Positions 62,101 through 64,000 of a DNA stretch of 64,000 bases are shown piece after piece. The position numbers were made by a program, and so were the translations under genes. The notes under the pieces were generated by a model. It did no database searches. It was not told the DNA's origin and saw only the letters and a program-made list of their open reading frames with translations. Each line of letters starts with the position of its first letter. The first letter of the stretch is position 1. Source of the stretch: Eubacteriales bacterium (lineage in GTDB: Bacteria > Bacillota > Clostridia > Oscillospirales > CAG-272); contig JAZPZY010000029.1 of the NCBI GenBank assembly GCA_045544955.1, positions 24,412 to 88,411 of the forward strand. The letters run 5' to 3'.

Positions 62101-62487
62101 TTTCAACTCGGGATCGTCCAGCGTCCACGCCAGCGCCACAAGACCGCGGAGATAGCAGGGGCCCTTTTCCCAATAATAATCGTAGGAACTGTTCGTGCCG
62201 CCGCGCCAGGCGTTATCCGCACTCCATATGGCCCAGTACTGGTGGAGCAGGCTGGTCAGATTCTCTTTCTGATAGAGCATCTGCTGGAGCAGCCAGTCCT
62301 CGGCACGCACCGCCCCTTGGGGCAGCTTGGAAAAAGCGTTTTTGTGCAGTTTTCCTGTGTTGAACGTGTAATTGGCTTCTGCTGTCTCAACACTGGTCGC
62401 TGCGTACGATATGATCTCCATAGACGTAGTCAGTATCATGAACAAACAGAGAACGGCGCAGAGAATGCCTCGCGTTTTTTTGTTCAT
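56164..62487 (-). CDS. Giant secreted multidomain protein: GH127/GH146-like (DUF1680) beta-L-arabinofuranosidase-type domain, Fn3-like domains, DUF1080/LamG-like domain, Big_2 Ig-like domain, long beta-helix-like repeat region
   Basis: Start at MNKKTRGILCAV (AGGGAG RBS), about 2107 aa, with a signal peptide. ETCAVVEG and GYECCLPNMHMGWPKF match the ETCA / CCxPN active-site contexts of GH127 HypBA1 (recalled). WTFYG...YKGYYVGI...FRVYVDGEFVYEG is DUF1080/concanavalin-like. VVNWSSDNEAVAMVSQDGTVTFVGIGVANIKATV is Big_2-like. Repeated GGT(F/Y) motifs suggest a beta-helix. Confidence 0.75.
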   Translation of the reverse strand: MNKKTRGILCAVLCLFMILTTSMEIISYAATSVETAEANYTFNTGKLHKNAFSKLPQGAVRAEDWLLQQMLYQKENLTSLLHQYWAIWSADNAWRGGTNSSYDYYWEKGPCYLRGLVALAWTLDDPELKEMAMQWIDPILESGKKTGYFGPAVHGDGSSLTGNDWWPHMMVLGTLRDYYESTENEGDPDERVMEVLGGYFAFQMTQIPKNPFQLWSIARGGENIEVILWYYNRVYDPAKPEDSDWLLGLAEMIAESTGSKNCDRTWTDVYINTTTREHTVDSTLALRTPAILWQMTGKEEDRIALREAIRNWGIDHGRIDGFVHSDERARDNYPHRGLETCAVVEGMLSYETGMSIIGEGWIGDELENVAYNALPACFTSDFTGHIYFQAENRVMATRGDHEQSDDRGSEAAYSVPSGYECCLPNMHMGWPKFVSSMYMATDDGGLAVIAYGPNRVTAKVADGKTAVFHQETDYPFKDTIGITYEGETAVFPLLLRVPGWCKTPSFKVNGQTVTGTVEDGFLRVERTWTKGDVVEIVFPRELRISYWYNNSVGVKYGALNFSLGVKEEWRELTDLSTAQTSYPIPVDTIHNYETFAASDWNYALVLNDENINNCLTVTVADEIPLQPFTLENAPVKIAAKGQKVPQWELRANIVPEPPFSPLAENPVLWEDITLVPYGCTKLRITLMPWVGAEVPADYSTIRDADSAFYYVEDGRNVVEFDNVILRPAADYTLKVFYTGAGTATMNINSKYEEALVLDASGVYTLTGLISKLPTCIDSLTKSTVKGFKFDAGQYNNVRFFNPTGVTITGIQVIPVSPMTEIKIHSATLTGESTVTLKTNLNRDLISFYTVEYGTASGSYTHTVRNLYDAAAVISGLIPGHTYYFRLSALLNGQQVYSNEVSVNIPAFVPSESTVDIGTHVSDFTSADTAEKDWTFYGEDVVTFADGKMNVGASSNLKMTTGGESWTDYAVETTLSGGTTGSNYGVIIRVSQVSDAAVDKYKGYYVGIIPTSANMQLKIGYTDGNRWWESESQTVSVPGKTYTAGTEYTLKVLVYGNTFRVYVDGEFVYEGQNNLFASGSVGLRSYNAPFAVSAFTVRGLTDAEKSEFLSADGTLPEFQLKDVQSIYKGVQIATNFESPTHTYKIVYGTEPGVYTGTIMNLRGLNIPTYLNLKTDKFAVQFPENGKTYYFRLVALNGDKEAKRSVEYEITTGAVLNTTAAPQASALHASILAASGVNTAGVCEASLERFAWAQALASTTAANPTATLSALSLARSSLDLAADAIGRCDYALSTTAITGQAGDAPVRLQVVCTAHPGEAITNTVVNWSSDNEAVAMVSQDGTVTFVGIGVANIKATVNGKELLCLVTPANAEVTYQTADGMWYTGTLADIFTALKSADNGITYVKLLKDFSGGDIITTNDKLFESSYANFVFDLNGHDLTTKLAAIFATNANITGGNITFTGGDGDVMSATQNTYAPLLTRGSPEGLHVTINGGTYHGYYGLFANGGTVTIRKGKIQSFQKDNVSNGVAPIYLGTASGHKAMVVLGDENYKTGDITLVDGIRGTFYYCGGRLDASAMGDDVNGMTVFNGYYDGTAYRDVEITDQFILPEGYALVDELNTRVTVMKSGKAYRIAKPIDAEAYWGTDANTLFGAGTFAQALAESNTDREVQYIVLQKTVNQFDIKTDVPGGYIHPAAGILTVDLNGQTLYSTNANAFTFDTDTACTVILTDSSATAENPVGDGVVDAKTYTSGDYGIFFNRNQSAQFIINAGTYRTAKRLIYCRAVDGGSVTINGGAFEAGTYVAVRESGTLTVNGGTFSSSSSTIFSVTGTAAAAINGGTFKFTATANKYVVSAGANASLSVGRNVIVEADSDSAAVLQNALNGAPAGTTVRMMQNVICDMEIKVPASVTLDLNGKALTALAVNAAAGSHVIDATESGVISVEAEGVLKLPFDNDYLPVKVNGETGYRLVDAKLNYNQPVVSKNGDAFSWKFLPDFKAATAHLADGTAENLNIQIRLTSSQFTSGDVILRPDPVLIQSVLKAGQAFKVTVTGIADFSDLTAAIELVGTADTGVVLCTPAYNVTAAPASLSLESEPAMVVLMFDVKKFRCL

Positions 62488-62656
62488 AGATCGGTTCTCC
62501 CTTTCTTTTTTTTGGAATTTTTGGAAAAATATACTTGCATTCATGGGAAATCGATGGTATAATCAAAACAGAAGACGGCTTCTGTTATATTGATTATACC
62601 GCAGCCTTTTTCGGCATACAACCACCATCACCGTAGAAAAGGGGAGAAAATCCGAC

Positions 62657-63430
62657 ATGACGGAAGGCGCGAACAGATACATGGGCGGCGGCCGTTTTAC
62701 ATCCCGGGCACCATGGATCCATAAGAGCGTCCCGGGAAAAACCTATGAGCTGATGCTTGTCACGGAAGGCGAGATGTGGATGCGTGAGGACGGCGTGGAC
62801 TATCCGCTCACAAAGGACATGGTTCTGGTGCTGGAGCCGGGGAAATTCCGGGAGGGATACCGGGTGTCTAAGAGCAGAGTCTCCTTTTACTGGATCCATT
62901 TTCTCGATCCCGATCCCGATTTTTCGCAGTATAAGAAGTATCTGAAGATTCACGATCCGCAGAACCTTGCCATGCTGTGCCGGCAGCTCACTCATTACGA
63001 AACGAAAAAATTTCCGCCGTCCGTGTGCAATTCACTGCTGCACGTGCTGCTGCACGAGCTTGTCCGGCAGAGCCGGGACGAAACAGAAATCGCACCTCTG
63101 CCCTATCGGATCGAGCAGTGGATCAATAACAACATTGATCTCTCTCCCACAGTGGCAGACGTGTCGGATATGTTCGGATATAACGCCGAGTACCTTTCGA
63201 GAGTTTATAAAAAAGCGTACGGAACGACTCTCAAAAAAGCCATTGACGAAAAATCCATGAACCGGGCAAAGCGGCTTCTTTTGGAAAGCGATCTTTCTCT
63301 TACTGCCATTTCCGAACGGTTAGGGATGAGTGATTATAAGATTTTTCTGAAATTCTTTAAGTATCACGAGGGAGTTACTCCGTCGGAATACCGGAAACTG
63401 TACCGGGTGATACGTGTAAATAACTGCTGA
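62657..63430 (+). CDS. AraC-family transcriptional regulator, divergent from the giant GH127-like gene
   Basis: Cupin-like N-terminus and C-terminal HTH (YNAEYLSRVYKKAYGTTLKKAIDEKSM...DYKIFLKFFKYHEGVTPSEYR). Confidence 0.85.
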   Translation: MTEGANRYMGGGRFTSRAPWIHKSVPGKTYELMLVTEGEMWMREDGVDYPLTKDMVLVLEPGKFREGYRVSKSRVSFYWIHFLDPDPDFSQYKKYLKIHDPQNLAMLCRQLTHYETKKFPPSVCNSLLHVLLHELVRQSRDETEIAPLPYRIEQWINNNIDLSPTVADVSDMFGYNAEYLSRVYKKAYGTTLKKAIDEKSMNRAKRLLLESDLSLTAISERLGMSDYKIFLKFFKYHEGVTPSEYRKLYRVIRVNNC

Positions 63431-63503
63431 ACAAAAATGTGTGGGCAGGTATAATTGGAGGCCTTGGCTACGGGGGGATTGGAAAGGCCCTGTCAAAAAG
63501 CAT

Positions 63504-63555
63504 AGTCGTATCGTGCGCATTGCCTTGCACGCGCCCGATACGACTTGTTTTCTTG
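63504..63555 (+). terminator. Terminator after the AraC gene
   Basis: AGTCGTATCG ... CGATACGACT (10-bp outer stem, GC-rich inner stem) followed by TGTTTTCTTG. Confidence 0.6.
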
Positions 63556-63577
63556 TCGCACTCTCGTTATCCACCAC

Positions 63578-63802
63578 AGCCCATGACCTCCTCCGTCGGT
63601 CATGGAAGGGAACAGTTCTCATCTCACAGGCGAGACAAAAGAAACAGCCACCTTACGATGACTGCTTTCTTTCGTTTGGTTGCGGGGATGGGATTTGAAA
63701 GGCCCTTCCGAAAATATAGTCGCCTGGCCTCGCCTCGGTACACTCGGCTTGCCATGCTCCTTATTTTCGTGAATCGCTTCGTGAAAATGCCGCACCGCGG
63801 CG
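63578..63802 (-). repeat. Composite repeat R5: CATGACC/GGTCATG core, terminator hairpin, T-loop side of the tRNA-like half, then the E3-bearing insertion (anticodon side missing)
   Basis: 63578-63699 is nearly identical to 37565-37687 (R3). After GGGATTTGAA it continues with the same insertion sequence as R4 (AGGCCCTTCCGAAAATATAGTCGCCTGG...GCCGCACCGCGGCG) and then diverges. Confidence 0.8.
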
Positions 63803-63826
63803 ATCCGGCAGCCTGTTTTGGCTTTT

Positions 63827-64000
63827 TTACCGAAGAAAATCGAACGCCGCGCCGGTAACGCTGCCGGTGAAAATATCGAAGTCTCGGTTTCCCTTTTCAA
63901 AATGAGCGCACAAATCGATAAGGAACTGACGGACCAGCGACATATTCCGAAGATACGTATACCCGGCGGAGCGGATTTTCACAAGCTCGGCAAACGCCAT
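63827..64000 (-). CDS. C-terminal end of an unidentified gene (or a short ORF) running off the window
   Basis: Minus-strand frame open from 64000 to TAA at 63829-63827 (MAFAELVKIRSAGYTYLRNMSLVRQFLIDLCAHFEKGNRDFDIFTGSVTGAAFDFLR). The E3 hairpin lies just downstream as a terminator. No family recognised. Confidence 0.35.
   Translation of the reverse strand: MAFAELVKIRSAGYTYLRNMSLVRQFLIDLCAHFEKGNRDFDIFTGSVTGAAFDFLR

Noticed and set aside
1-64000. Search for CRISPR arrays, integrases, transposases, phage genes, restriction-modification systems or known defence systems.
   Set aside because: None was recognised on either strand. Mobility is inferred only from repeats, tRNA-like fragments and compositional shifts.

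Overview
This 64-kb window looks like a moderately high-GC Clostridia-type (Gram-positive) chromosome: AGGAGG-type ribosome-binding sites (RBS), lipoprotein lipoboxes and an SLH-domain protein. I support about 42 protein-coding genes. I see no rRNA gene, no intact tRNA gene, no CRISPR array, and no recognisable transposase, integrase or phage gene.

The left end (1-6.5 kb) is housekeeping or stress-related: pepF (cut by the window edge), a flavodoxin, a blaI/blaR1-type pair and a bile-salt-hydrolase-family amidase. The remainder is a mosaic carbohydrate-catabolism region controlled by five separate AraC-family regulators. It encodes GH78-, GH20-, GH42-, GH43-, GH106-like and GH127-like enzymes, a BNR sialidase-like protein with NanA, Eda, DUF2264-like and DUF4838-like proteins, and three giant secreted proteins of 1309, 1306 and about 2107 aa.

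The most unusual content is a pair of paralogous modules:
- **Shared core:** each module couples a ~1300-aa secreted protein (lectin-like domain, TIM-barrel-like core, second lectin-like domain) with a 487-aa orphan lipoprotein resembling an ABC substrate-binding protein (SBP). No ABC permease or ATPase gene occurs anywhere in the window.
- **Module 1 (about 18.1-29.3 kb, + strand):** adds two Gfo/Idh/MocA oxidoreductases, a xylose-isomerase-like TIM-barrel protein and two PHP phosphoesterases.
- **Module 2 (about 37.8-50.9 kb, - strand):** adds a DUF4838-like protein, a CapA-like metallophosphatase, a GH106-like hydrolase and an EutH-family permease.

A second notable layer is a family of composite intergenic repeats. 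They combine terminator hairpins, a CATGACC/GGTCATG hairpin and tRNA-Met(CAU)-like 3' halves. One copy type is split by a ~117-bp insertion. The repeats sit at module junctions and bracket visibly AT-richer cassettes (eda plus a P-loop gene, and GH43) and adjoin the fic islet.

All functional calls come from motif reading and recalled family knowledge. No database search was possible.
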